From Cyanophora paradoxa CCMP329 (lineage: Eukaryota; Plantae; Glaucophyta), in contig QPMI01000040.1 of NCBI GenBank assembly GCA_004431415.1, forward strand, positions 372,001 to 436,000: a stretch of DNA of 64,000 nt, given 5' to 3'. The notes beneath the pieces were generated by a model. The model was not told where the DNA came from. It saw only the letters and a list, made by a program, of their open reading frames with translations, and did no database searches. How positions within the stretch are numbered: the first letter of the stretch is position 1; each line of letters starts with the position of its first letter. Positions 22,964 through 34,751 of the stretch are shown here, one piece after another. The position numbers and the translations under genes were made by a program.

Positions 22964-25900
22964 CACAGCTCGCGAAAAAAAGTCGGTCCCCGCAATTCGA
23001 CTTGGCTGGGACTCGACTTGGGACTCGAATAATTCTGGCCTACAAAAGTTTAAACACCCGGGGTAGACGTACTCGACTCGGCGAAGCGCGCGACCAGCAC
23101 GCGCGGCAGCTCCCGCGCGCAGCAGAGAGCGCCGCAGCTAGCCTCCTGGTCGCATATGGAGCAGGAACGGGTGCTTTCGGGCACTGCCGCGACGAAAAGT
23201 AGCCCTACGATCGCCTTCAAGGAAAGCGTGCGCGAAAACGAGCCCGACGATTTCCAAAGCGCTTCCGCCAAAGTTTAGACATTCAAGCGAGCTATCTCTG
23301 TGCTTGATGGCAGCCCGAAATCTGGCAGCGTCGCTGAAAGACTGACAAGTTCGTGCAGGGCCCCCCATCGGAGAAGGTGTCCGGGACCGAGCGCGGGCGA
23401 CCTCTAGAAGCTCCAATTCGTCTCACAACAAGCTTCTAATGCGCTAGGTGTGATCGTTCTCGCATCTGGGCTAGCCCCCCAACCGCGCGCGCTGACTATT
23501 GATCATGACCGCAGCCCGCGGCCGGACGAGCTCAAGAGCCGGTTCGCCAAGATGGCGCCGGATCGCTCATAGCTAAGCTATACATCACGAATAGGTGCGT
23601 GGCGAAGCATCACGCCGCCGCGCCCGCGAGCTCCGCCCTAATCGGATCCGGATCCGCCTCTCGCAGGCCCCGAGGCGTGGAGACATCTTTCGCCGCCTCC
23701 AAGGTCGCGCACCGCTCGCTCGAATGCCGTGGGCTCCGCTCTGGCTCGGCTTCGTGTCCTGCCGCGCCTCAGGCAGATGCGCGCTCGTGTGCAATCAAGC
23801 ATGTCATGCGGTTCCAGATGGCATGGCTGCGACGGCGGGGCGGTGCGGGCTGAGATGTCTAGGGCCATGAGGGACATCTAGAGCACGCGCAGAGCATTCG
23901 TGCGGGCGGCGGCACGCACCCCCGCCGCCAGCGGCACCTGCTCCAGTGGGGGGGTGGCACCTGGCAGATTCGATTTCGCTGCTTACTGCGAGGGCTGCCG
24001 GGCCGACGCTAACGCAGATCGATGCACAATTTAAAAGAGCATGCGCAGCTGGAGCGCGGCCCCGCTGCTTCGCCTGCTTCCGCAGCGGAGATCGCCTGCT
24101 TCTCCAGAAGGCTTGGGGTGGGGGCACCTGCGCGATTTGATTTCGCTCCACACGGCAAGGGTTCGCTGGGTCGCCGCTAGCGCAGATCGATGCACACCTT
24201 GATAGAGCATGTGCGTATGCATCGCGGCCCGGAGGGGTGCATCCTTAGCGGAGATCGCTTGATCACAGTCAGTGAGCTAGTGAGAGCTAGTGAGTTTCTG
24301 GGCGACGGGCTGGCCCCAGCGGCCCGCTCTTTGAGCCACAATCATTATCACATGTATTTATATCACTGCTCCAAGATACAGGGTGATCCGAAGTGTTTTT
24401 GGGCCTCACCGGTGTTTCGAGCTTTACTCGTAGGACCCTCTCTGGAACTTTTCAGTTTTCAAGTTTCAAGATGCCACCCCGACCTGCTCATGATGCCTTA
24501 TTGAAGCATCGACTCACTCAGTAGTGGCGATTTCACGCCCCCGGGGGTTTTCGAGGGTGCTGAAGACGGTGGTGGTGGTACCGAAGGCCGCCGATTAAAG
24601 CCTGGACCGGCATTCAAGATCCGCTGCAATCTGCGGCCCCACCTGGCCCCAGGACGATTCTCGCCCGCCGGTCGCATCTAGCGCCTGGGACGCGAGATAT
24701 ACATCATTTAGATGCATTAACAGCTTCATACATGCTTAACAAAGCGCTCGCCGGCCCAGACGGCGCAGCGGGGCCGGCGGTTTCTCGAGAATTACGAACT
24801 CACTATCAAGATCTCAGAACGCTGGCGAGCTACTGGCGCTCTACGTCGGAGCGTTGAACAGAGAGAGCAGGCGGGACGGAGAGGCCCTGAGAAGAAGGCG
24901 CCCGGCGCGCCCGCGGCCCTGCTCGCGCCCGAGACCGCGCCGCGCATCGGCTGGCCTCCGCCGCCCCAGGCCGCCCGCCGCCCGAAGCCGCAGGCCTGCG
25001 CCCCGTCGTCCGCAGCGCCCCGGCGCCGCCCGCGGCCCCTGCTCGCGCCCCGAGACCCGCCGCCGCGCGTCGGCCTGGCTCCGCCGCCCGCCGGGCCCGC
25101 CCCGCCGCCCCGAAGCCGCAGGCCTGCGCCCCGTCGTCCGCAGCGCCCCGGCGTCGCCCGCGGCCCCTGCTCGCGCACCGAGACCCGCCGCCGCGCGTCG
25201 GCCTGGCCTCCGCCGCCCGCCGGGGCCCGCCCCGCCGCCCCCGAAGCCGCAGGCCTGCGCCCCGTCGTCCGCAGCGCCCCGGCGCCGCCCGCGGCCCCTG
25301 CTCGCGCCCCGAGACCCGCCGCCGCGCGTCGGCCTGGCCTCCGCCGCCCGCCGGGGCCCGCCCCGCCGCCCCCGAAGCCGCAGGCCTGCGCCCCGTCGTC
25401 CGCAGCGCCCCGGCGTCGCCCGCGGCCCCTGCTCGCGCACCGAGACCCGCCGCCGCGCGTCGGCCTGGCCTCCGCCGCCCGCTGTGGCCCGCCCCGCCGC
25501 CCCCGAAGCCGCAGGCCTGCGCCCCGTCGTCCGCAGCGCCCCGGCGTCGCCCGCGGCCCCTGCTCGCGCACCGAGACCCGCCGCCGCGCGTCGGCCTGGC
25601 CTCCGCCGCCCGCCAGGGCCCGCCCCGCCGCCCCCGAAGCCGCAGGCCTGCGCCCCGTCGTCCGCAGCGCCCCGGCGCCGCCCGCGGCCCCTGCTCGCGC
25701 CCCGAGACCCGCCGCCGCGCGTCGGCCTGGCCTCCGCCGCCCGCCGGGGCCCGCCCCGCCGCCCCCGAAGCCGCAGGCCTGCGCCCCGTCGTCCGCAGCG
25801 CCCCGGCGTCGCCCGCGGCCCCTGCTCGCGCACGTGCACCGAGACCCGCCGCCGCGCGTCGGCCTGGCCTACGCCGCCCGCCAGGGCTCGTCCCGTCGCG

Positions 25901-26572
25901 CCCGAAGCCGCAGGCCTGCGCACAGTCGTCCGCAGCGCCCCGGCGTTGCCCGTGTCCGTCGCGCCCTGCTCGAACACCGAGACACGCCGCCACGCGTCGG
26001 CCCCGGCTCGGACGCGCGGACCGCAGATCTAGAGCCGCATGGTGGCTACTACAGGTGCATGCAGTGGCTACTACGGGAGTGTCAGCCTGCGTGTTTGTCA
26101 GCGACAGGCGCGCAACGGGCCCGGGCGCAGGGCGTTATCCGGGACCGCACCACGCACTTCGCACCACGAGCGCACCACGAGCCGTAGCTGATCATGCATA
26201 TGAGTGCGTCGTGCTCGCTGCAGCTGCGGGCGTCGTGCGTCGGCCGCTCTGCGGCAGAACAGTACGCCCGGACGCATCCAAACTATACTGCCTGGCTGTC
26301 TTCGATCCTCGGGCCTACGCAATGCTGATGTGGGCGCTGGTGTCAAGAGGCGTGCTGTGTGTTGAACTTCTCCTCTCTGCCAGCGACCGGCATTTCTCCT
26401 CGATCTCGTTAAAACTACTGATAGAAAGAAATAAGCTCTATAAGAATGCATATATATGCCATATATATGAAAAGGTTTAATTGACTGGCGTAGGGATTTT
26501 CCAAGTCGACTTGCCCCCCCCCCCTGTCATACAAACCGAGTTGTGGGGACCGACTTTTTTTCGCGAGCTGTG
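22964..26572. mobile_element. Non-autonomous CMC/EnSpm(CACTA)-like DNA transposon, 3.6 kb
   Basis: ~35-bp TIRs CACAGCTCGCGAAAAAAAGTCGGTCCCC(G/A)CAA(T/C)TC at both ends, with a 2-bp TSD CA. No transposase recognised inside. Confidence 0.85.
24896..26000. repeat. GC-rich minisatellite, ~131-bp unit, ~8 copies
   Basis: ccgaagccgcaggcctgcgc recurs at about 24982, 25110, 25241, 25372, 25503, 25634, 25765 and 25902. Confidence 0.95.
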
Positions 26573-26595
26573 CAAACGACTATATGCCGTCTCTC

Positions 26596-26837
26596 CACAG
26601 CTCGTTGTTTTTCCTAATCGACTCGACATGCCCGTTGTATGGGCAAGGGTAGCCGGCGATCGCGATAACTTTTCACCCGTCGCAGAACGGCTAGTCTCCT
26701 CGCAACAGCTTGTAGCCGGCAAGCTAGCGGGTAGATTGCACTAGCTAAAGCCGGGGAATTCCAAACACCCGCGGGGAATTTTAAGGAAAACCGGATACTC
26801 GCCGTGTTGGGTCGACCGGTAAAAAAAACGAGCTGTG
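26596..26837. mobile_element. CMC/EnSpm-like MITE, 242 bp
   Basis: TC|CACAGCTCGTTGTTTTT ... AAAAAAAACGAGCTGTG|TC: CACAG TIRs with a 2-bp TSD TC. Confidence 0.82.
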
Positions 26838-26939
26838 TCAGAATGCTCATTGTGATGTTATCTTAGTACTTCGCAGCTTTGAACGTGTGTCTACGGCGCG
26901 CAACGCATTGTATTGAGAATTTTCCAGGATTTTGTATGG

Positions 26940-27027
26940 TGGAATATTCCGGGCCCGGGGAACGTTCCCGGAATATTCCTCAAAATTTTCTGGTCCATTT
27001 TGGGGGGGTAAAATTTTGACAGCCCTG
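26940..27027. mobile_element. Probable hAT-like right end; a related copy lies at ~20984-21085
   Basis: GGAATATTCC..GGAACGTTCCCGGAATATT..AAAATTTTC.GGTCC..GGGGG.AAATTTT is shared by both loci. This copy ends GACAGCCCTG (reverse complement CAGGGCTGTC). Confidence 0.4.
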
Positions 27028-28168
27028 CCCCCGGGCCCCAATGCCGCCCCATGCCTCCAGGGCGGCCTAGGGGTCCGGCCGGTCAGTCAAAATTGGGCAT
27101 TATGCATATGCCATAGTCCAAGCCGCAAAAGTCGGCATTATGCCATGACCATGCCGGCATGGCTAGCCGCCAAGCTGCCGGCATACCTGCCGGCATGAAG
27201 GCATAGCCTGTACTACGGTACCCGGCTGGTGTTCGGCTTGCAGACAAGCCGGCGCCCGGAGTGAGACAAGCCCTCGAGCTCCTCCCCGCGCCGGCGGCCG
27301 GCCGCCGGCGGCTGGGCCCAGGGCCGGGGGCCGGGGGGATACCGGTCGGGCATAGTCGGCATGAAGGCTTTGGCTGAAGCCGGCAAAGCCGGCGGCCGGC
27401 ATGTCAAGCCAAAAGTCGGCATTATGGCATGAGGGTCCAAGCCAAAGCATGACGGCCGGCCGGCCGGCATGGCCTACGGCCGGAGCCGCCGGACCCCTAC
27501 TCCAGCCTCCAGGCCCCCAGCCCGAGCCGCCCGATCGCGATTCGCGAGTCGCGACTCCCCGGCCGAGTCCCGGCCGCGCGCGGCGCCGGCCCGGCGGGCC
27601 CGCAGACTGGGGCCGCACTGCGGCAGACTCGCCGGCAGTGCCCCGCTCTGCCAGTGCGGCAGGCCGCAGGCGCCGCCGGCCCGGCGGCTGATCATGAGTA
27701 TCGATACGCATATCATAGTATATACCGGAGCGCCCGGCCCGCGGCCCGGCGGCCGCACGCAGCTGCAGCTCAGCAGCCTCAGCGCTCCTAATGATCAGCT
27801 GCAGCAGCGGCTGACCAACTTGCAATTAGCCATTGCAATTGATCAAGAGCCCGCGCGCCGGCGGCCCGCCGCGGCGCCTGCCTCGGCCCGCTTGCACAGC
27901 GCGCGCGCGCGCCTTAAGCTTCTCGCGCGCGCGCGCTCCGCCGTGCACGTGTAGACCTAGCTATATCCTCGCCCTGCTTGGATCATCGGATCAGCTGGCC
28001 ATTTCAAGTTGGCTTGCAGCATTACCAGTGACTGAGTGCGGCGGATCCACATCTGCAGCTGCCCGCCGGCACCGGCGGGCCGGTCGCCGCGGCGCGGCCG
28101 ACCTGTAATCTGGACGTCGCCTAGCGCCCGGAGGCCCGGCCCGCGGCGCCGGCCGGTAGTGTGAGGCG

Positions 28169-31100
28169 ATGAGCGGCCGATTCTGGCCATGGCGGAGGCC
28201 TAGGCCGCAGATTCGCGCCGCGCCAAGCCCCGCGGAGCAGGGGGAGGGGCAACTGCAGGACAACTGCAACAGCAGCGACACTGCTAAGGAGTCCTCCGTT
28301 CGAGCGCCCTCCCCTAAAACCAGGCCCAGGCCGGCCGACGCCCCTGCAGCTACGGCCATGGCCGATCCACATATACATCGAATCGGCTCGAGCTCGTTAG
28401 CGCAGCAATGGACCTCAGCCGAGTCGACGCCCTTAACCGATGTCCCTCCGCCCGGCGTCGACGTCGCTGGCGCCACAGCTGCAGCAGCGTTCAGAGCAGC
28501 AGCGACCGTCGCTTGGGACGTCGACGTCCGCGGCGGCGTCGACGTCCCTGCCCCCCCGATTGCCAGCCCCTCGAGCTCCGGATCCCCGCCAGCTGCAGCT
28601 GCAGCAGCCGGCGAGGTGCGCGTGCAGATGCAGCCGGTTGCGTCGTCCTCGAGCTCCCAGCTGCGCCGAGACCCACCGGAGCTGCTCTTTGCTTGGCTGA
28701 AGCAAGAGTATGCGGCCTTCGAGCGCTTCGCCCTGGTCCCCCGCCGTTTCTCGAACGCGGAGATCGAAGAGGATTTCCAACAGCAGTGGAGCCACGATAC
28801 CGACATGAATACCCGCTCGCTGCTGGGGGCTCGCGGCTCTATATTGTACGCCTTCGTCAGTTTTGTGGCCTTCAGTGCGCTCTGCCACCCGCCACGCGGC
28901 CCCTTATCTCCCTTTGCATTCTTGTTCGGCGCGTGCTAATTTTGCCGCAGCATCGCTGTTCCTTGCGGGATACTACAGAGGGACTTTATCGCTGGCCCGG
29001 GGTGGCGGGGCGGGTCCGACCGCCCACCTGATTGCCATCATCGTGTCGGCCGGCTTTCCGCCACTCATTGCGGCTTTCTCGAGCTGGCTATCCCTCTCCC
29101 GCGAAAACCGGCGATTGAGCTTTTCCTTCGCCCTCCTGGCGATCTACGGGAACACCTATTACACGGCTCGCGTGCGCTGCTGCGTGTACCCGTTTTCCAT
29201 CTACGTTGTTAATTTGATTCAGTCTTACACATCGACCCCTCGACTTTCCCCAGACCGCCGCCACGATTGGTTTCTTTCTCACCCGCGTCTGCGTCCATTC
29301 CACCATCGGTCCCCTTTTCCTCGGCCTGCCGTACACCCACGCTCTCCTGCTGAACGGCTGTGGTGCCCTTCTTTCCGTCGGTGCCCAAATCGCGTGCATC
29401 TCTAGGGCGGCTTAAAAAATGTTTTGCTCGGATAGGTCCGGCCAGGCAGTAAGGGGGTTGCCCGGGAACTTGCCCTCCACCCCACGCGCCGCTGTTTCCA
29501 GCGGCTCGGCCTGACCATTCTAGGGCGGCTTAAACTTTTCCGTGCTGATTTCAGCATTTCCGCTCAGCATTTCTGATGGAGTTCGCGCTGGAGCCGCACG
29601 ACGGGAACGATGCGTGGGACGCCGCCCTCTCTCTCCCGTCCTGTATCGCCTCTGCGCTCTTCGGCATCCTCGCCGCGCTCCGTGCAGAGCACTCTGCCAG
29701 AAAAGTGCGCCCGCTGCTTACTCGAGCGAGTGGTATACATAGTGCTTACGTCTCCTACAACAGTCCTTCCTCTCAAAGCTGCTGGTCAAGACGGAGAGCG
29801 ACCTTCTGCGCAACCGCTCCTCCTCTTTTGTCGATGAGCTGGCGATTTTCAGGTGCAGGCCGCCGCGGTCTTACACAGATCGAGCTACATCGTAGTCACC
29901 GTTAATACAACGCTTATGCCTCCTTTCGCCAATCTACGACGTGAAAATACCTAAATTTCAAATCTCGCGCATCTCACTCGCGCCCCGCTTCCTCAATTAA
30001 AATATATTATTCGCGTCTCTGGACCTAACTCACAGTACCAGTGCCCCGGAGCCCGCACTTTAACCTCCATCCTCTTTTGCCTTTAGTTCAGTTCGTTCGA
30101 CCTCCGCCCACGTACATGTACCATTGCATATGTTCTGCCGGATCCACCTCAAACGCTTTAATTGAATTTCGACTCGCCCCCGAACCTCACTTTGATTTAC
30201 CTTCCCCGCAGATCCGTCTCGGAGGCCCTGGACCTCTCCTCCCCGACTTCGTTCGCGGTCAATGTCCTTGGAGAGGTGTTCGACGGGCTCGTCCAGGGTG
30301 CGGCGCGACGGGGCCGGCGCGGCGCCGCCCGCGCGCCGAGCTTCTCTCGCACCCTCTAACCTTGGAGGCCCTGCCGATCCGCAGAGGGCAACGCGAAGCA
30401 CGCCGAAATGGTATCGGTTGCCGTCCGCTGCATCCTCTCCAGCGCCCGCACCGGAAGCGTGCGTTTCTCGTTAAGAAGTTAATCCGAGCACAATAATCTG
30501 TTCGGCCGTCATTTTGGCGCGCGCAGACTCTGGCAGACTCGGATCCAGCGGAAGCAAAGATGCAGAACAAAGAGGATGTTGCGGCGCTCCAGGATTTCAA
30601 AGGTACGCAACGCTCTCAGACGAAGCTGAACGGGCCGTTAATCTCCAGCCAATCGGCAGAATGGACGTCCGCGTTCACTGGCCAGAAGTCCCCTCCGGCC
30701 TCCGAGTCAGTCCAGTCCAAGGTATGCCGGACTCTAGATCTCGAAGCGATTCGGAGTCAAAATGAGTAACGCTCGGTCTCACATCGCCGCCGCGATCGCG
30801 AAGTCGTTGAGGAGCGCGACCTTGGCCTCGCTGGTGGCGCCGGCCTTGGGCTCGAATTCCCTTAGGGGCCCGCGCCCCTCCAGTGGCCGCGGCAGCGGCC
30901 AAGGCCAAGGGCTCGCCGGCGCCTCTGGCCATGGAAGCTCGAGCTCTCCCGTGACCGCGGCGGCGCCCTCGGCTGCACCCATGGAGACGATCTCAACGGA
31001 GCTTGCGGGGGTGAGCGAACGAACCCCGCGCTCGAACTCTGCTTTGTTTTCATCTGACTTCGAATCTGACTTCGTTCGCACCGCCCCTCCAGATTGCCCA

Positions 31101-33334
31101 GGCTGCCGTTTCCGACCGCTGGGACGACTTCGGTGCGCGCCCATGATCACGCGCAGCCCTCGGACCCAGATTCGCAGCCTTGGCTGAATCTCGGTTTGCA
31201 GACGCCATCTCGCTCGAACAGAGCTCGCTGGGACGGCCCCTAGAAATCCTAGCGTGCGAAGCCCCCTTCCATCCTCGCCCCCTGCATACGTTTTTAGGAC
31301 GAATTCGGCGCCCAGGACGGAGATCGGGCGCCATTCGGGCATCCTGGCCGAGAACAACGTCGACGTTGCTAGATTCCAGGCCTTCGTCGCCAACATCGAG
31401 GCGGGGTACAGGAGGGTGCCGTGTGAGCTCGTACCCCCCGCCGCTCCCGCGAATTCGAATTTCCATTGATTTCAGAGACCAGACCACTCTTCAACACACG
31501 CCGCGGATGTGGTGCAGGTCTGACCGTTCCCCCCCCCTCTTTTCGGCCTCGTGCTCGTTTCCTCGTTCTTCTCCTTTGATTTGTTTTGTATACGTAGGCG
31601 CTGTCCTGGCTGCTCAACACGGGCGGCCTCCGCGCCCATCTTCGCCCCATCGACGCTCTCGCCGCCCTGGTCAGCTCGTGTGATTTGCAGCCATGACTGC
31701 CTTGTCTGATTGTTGTGATTTTCGCAGACTGCCGCTGTCATTCACGACGTTGCACACGAGGGCCGCAACAAGTGCGGGGGGCCCATGTACCCTGAATTAA
31801 CAAATTAAAGAGATTCAATCCTGAGTTGCACCGACTGAAATCGGTCCGCAGCGGATTCGAAATCGCGACTCAGTCGGAGCTCGCGATTCTGTACAATGAC
31901 CAGAGTGTGTTAGAGAACTACAGCCTCAACCTTGCCTTTGGGGCTCTGAGAGACCCCGCGACCAACTTTCTGTCCCACTTGCCCAAGATTCAGGTACCCC
32001 CTGCCAGAACCCTAACACCCCCCCCCCCCCCCCCTCCGTCCCGCTTCTTTACCTTCTCCTTCTCCTGCAGAGGGCCGAATTCCGGAAGACCGTGATCGCG
32101 GCGGTGCTGGCGACTGATATGGCGAGGCAAGCTTAAGCTTAAGCCCCCGGCCCGATATCGATTCCCTGACCTTGGCTGATCTTGGATGATCTTGGGGCAC
32201 GTACGCGCCCTTAGGCACTTCGAAAAAGTGGGGGAATTCAAGGCCCGCATCGTGGCTTCGACGCTGCATGCGCAGGCTCCGGCGCAGGACGGCTTGCGGG
32301 TCGAGGGCGGCGCGGGCGGCGTTGGCAGCTCGAGATCTGAGCCTCGGCATGCGTCGTGCGTATATATATCCAGCGATGAGCAGTGCGCATTCTGTGCTCG
32401 GTCGCTGACTTGCCTCCCTCGGCGTGTCTGTCCAGCGCAATCACCGATCGCGAGGAGTCCCTAAGCCCTAGGCGAAGGTCCGCGGGCAGAGCGAGTCTCT
32501 TGCATCCGTCCGCTAGACACTTCTCACCCCAATGCAGGGGCAGCGGGGGTACCGGTTCGCTGGCCGTCCAGTTCGCACCTCCGACGGACGCGGATCGCGC
32601 CCTCTTCATCGCTCTCTGCCTGAAGGTCGACTTCCCCCCTTCCCCCCCCCCTCCCCCCTCTCCGCCCCCCCTATCAACCCTCCCCCCCACCCCCTTCCCC
32701 CCCCACCTCCCTCCGCCACCTCCTCATTCGCCTCCCCTTCTCCGCCCCCCCCCCCCCCCCTTCTTCCTCCCACCCTCCTCCCCCTCCCCCGACCCTGCCT
32801 TCAAGCCTGCTGACAGAGTTGGGATCAGGTCGCCGACATCTCCAACGCCGGACGGCCCCGCTACCAGGTTCGATTCCGCGTGGGCCTTTTTGCCGAAAAA
32901 AGCCCAAATAATTCGCATGCACCTCAGCACGTGGAGTGGACGGCCCGCGTCAGCGAGGAGTTCTTCCTGCAGGTTCGAGTCTCGCGGGGGATTGTTTTAT
33001 TTTCTCGAGTCCGACAAGGCACGAACTCGGAACTCGGGACGCAGGGCGACGAGGAGCGAAAGCTCGGCATACCCATCTCGCCGTACTGCGACCGGCTCAC
33101 AACGATGCCCTCCGCCGCCACGGTAGACCGCGCCCCCCCCGCGGTTTCGTCTGCTGCAGAAGCTGAGGGGGTACTCCGAATCCGCTACCGGTACCGCAGG
33201 CCGGCTTCATCGGCTTCCTGGCCCTACCCCTGCTCGAGGCCTGGAGCTCGCGGTTTCCGGCCGCCAAGGCGCTTGTCAAGCACGCGCAGTCCAACCTGGC
33301 ACACTGGAAGGGGGGTACCAAGAAACCTTCCTGA
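28169..33334 (+). CDS. Membrane-anchored class I 3',5'-cyclic nucleotide phosphodiesterase (multi-exon)
   Basis: N-terminal 'RRFSNAEIEEDFQQ' is followed by several TM exons. Spliced PDEase_I motifs: VP|YHSSTHAADVVQ, AAVIHDVAHEGRNN, SELAILYNDQSVLEN, VIAAVLATDMAR|HF, LCLK|VADISNAGRP, WTARVSEEFFLQ|GDEERKLGIPISPYCDR, GFIGFLALPLLEAW, NLAHW. Stop at 33332-33334. Confidence 0.92.
29417..29518 (-). mobile_element. 102-nt structured insertion with a 16-bp target-site duplication (SINE-like or retroposed small RNA) in a PDE intron
   Basis: TCTAGGGCGGCTTAAA at 29401-29416 and 29519-29534. The insert folds into stems, including GCCGCTG-GAAA-CAGCGGC on the - strand, and ends ACATTT. Confidence 0.7.
32630..32800. 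repeat. C-rich low-complexity intron (G-run rich on the - strand)
   Basis: Many C4-C16 runs between the LCLK and VADISN exons. Confidence 0.85.
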
Positions 33335-33815
33335 AGAGGGTACGGAGAAGTTGCGAATGACGGGTGCAACCCGCGTACAACCTTGTCACGGGACTGGCGC
33401 TGCTTGCTCGTGTCGGTGCACGTAGGCGTTGCAGCTGCCACTGGGCCACAGTGGGCGCTAAATATATGGAAATATATATCAGGCTCAGAATATCTGATAA
33501 TATGATTTCTCATGTACATGTGTGTTTTTACCCTGAGAGAGTTTTTTAAATATTATGATTTCGCACGTACATGTACATTTACGCATGATATATATTTATG
33601 AGATTTTACTCTGTATTCGAATTCGACTGATTATATATGACTGAAGTCGAGAGATCTAGATCTAGATGGCTAGTGCGCGGCAGCGATGTATGATCAAGAG
33701 CCCTGAGCCCCCCAGCTGAATTCGAAGCCCCCCGCATCCAGGTGGAGTCCCAGCCAGCCCTGGCCTGCTTAAGCCATGGGATCCTGCTGTTGGTTTCCGG
33801 AAGAATGATTGAACT

Positions 33816-34071
33816 TGTCGGATGAGAAGATTCCCACCCGGTGCAGCGTCCGTGCGGTCACGCACGGGCTGTGGCTGTAGCTGGGAGCACAAGTGGTCTA
33901 TTCACAAGTGTACCCATCCAGGGATCGCGTACCCCCAAACGGAGTCGCGCCCGGCGCTAAGTCAGAATACAGAGAGTGCTAGAGCTAGCTGCTCGATAGC
34001 ACTAGACTAGGGCTAGCGGCTACGCATAGACTACCGACTAGCCTAATCCGAGGGAATCGCGGCATGCGACA
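33816..34071 (-). repeat. 3' LTR (256 bp)
   Basis: TGTCGGATGAG...GCATGCGACA; no differences from 42408-42663 seen by eye. Confidence 0.97.
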
Positions 34072-34083
34072 ACTCCTCACTCT
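34072..34083 (-). other. Polypurine tract
   Basis: AGAGTGAGGAGT on the - strand, abutting the 3' LTR. Confidence 0.75.
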
Positions 34084-34751
34084 GCATACGGTGCGTCCTC
34101 GCACCGGACCGCGCCAAGCCAGACGTCGAGTCAGCATGCTCGACGGGGGCGTCCACCCCACCGCCGGGGCGTGCACCAACCGCGGCAGCGACAGGGCGGC
34201 GGCGAGTGAACTCCTCTCGAAGTAGAATGTCCGTCATCAACAACCAGATACGCCAGGTAGCATAGCCCAAATTAGGAGCCGATACCAGCAGAGTGCATGT
34301 ACCTAGGCAACCCAGGCCAAGCTCGAAAGATAGAAAAGCATAGAACTCGAAACCCCCCAAAAGCTGGCCCAAACTCGCTCCAACGGCGAGAGCCGAGGGA
34401 GAGTGGCACGGATGGGAAGGTTCACCGCCTCGCGAAAGAAACAAGCGAGGAGGTATCCGGGCTGCCCATCAAGCCCAACGAAAGAGCAGGGCACGGCCTG
34501 AGCGGACCGCCCGACGGCACCCGCTTCTCGGGGCCAGGTGCGACAGCAAAGCTCCACGCTCAGCCACTCTTTTTCAAGCACGTGGGCCCATACTCCAGAA
34601 AAGGGAACGAAAGGCCTTGGACGGCGCCCGCTACTGATCGTCTCACCCGACAAGACGGTGGCCCGACCAATAGCGACCCGCCCCTCAGCCCAGGTCGAGG
34701 CAAAGCTGGCAAAGAAATCTGCCCTACAACGCGTCCCTCGAGGCAGCACTC

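Noticed and set aside
24792-26032. 260-390-aa repeat ORFs
   Set aside because: Translations of a 131-bp minisatellite that cycle through frames.
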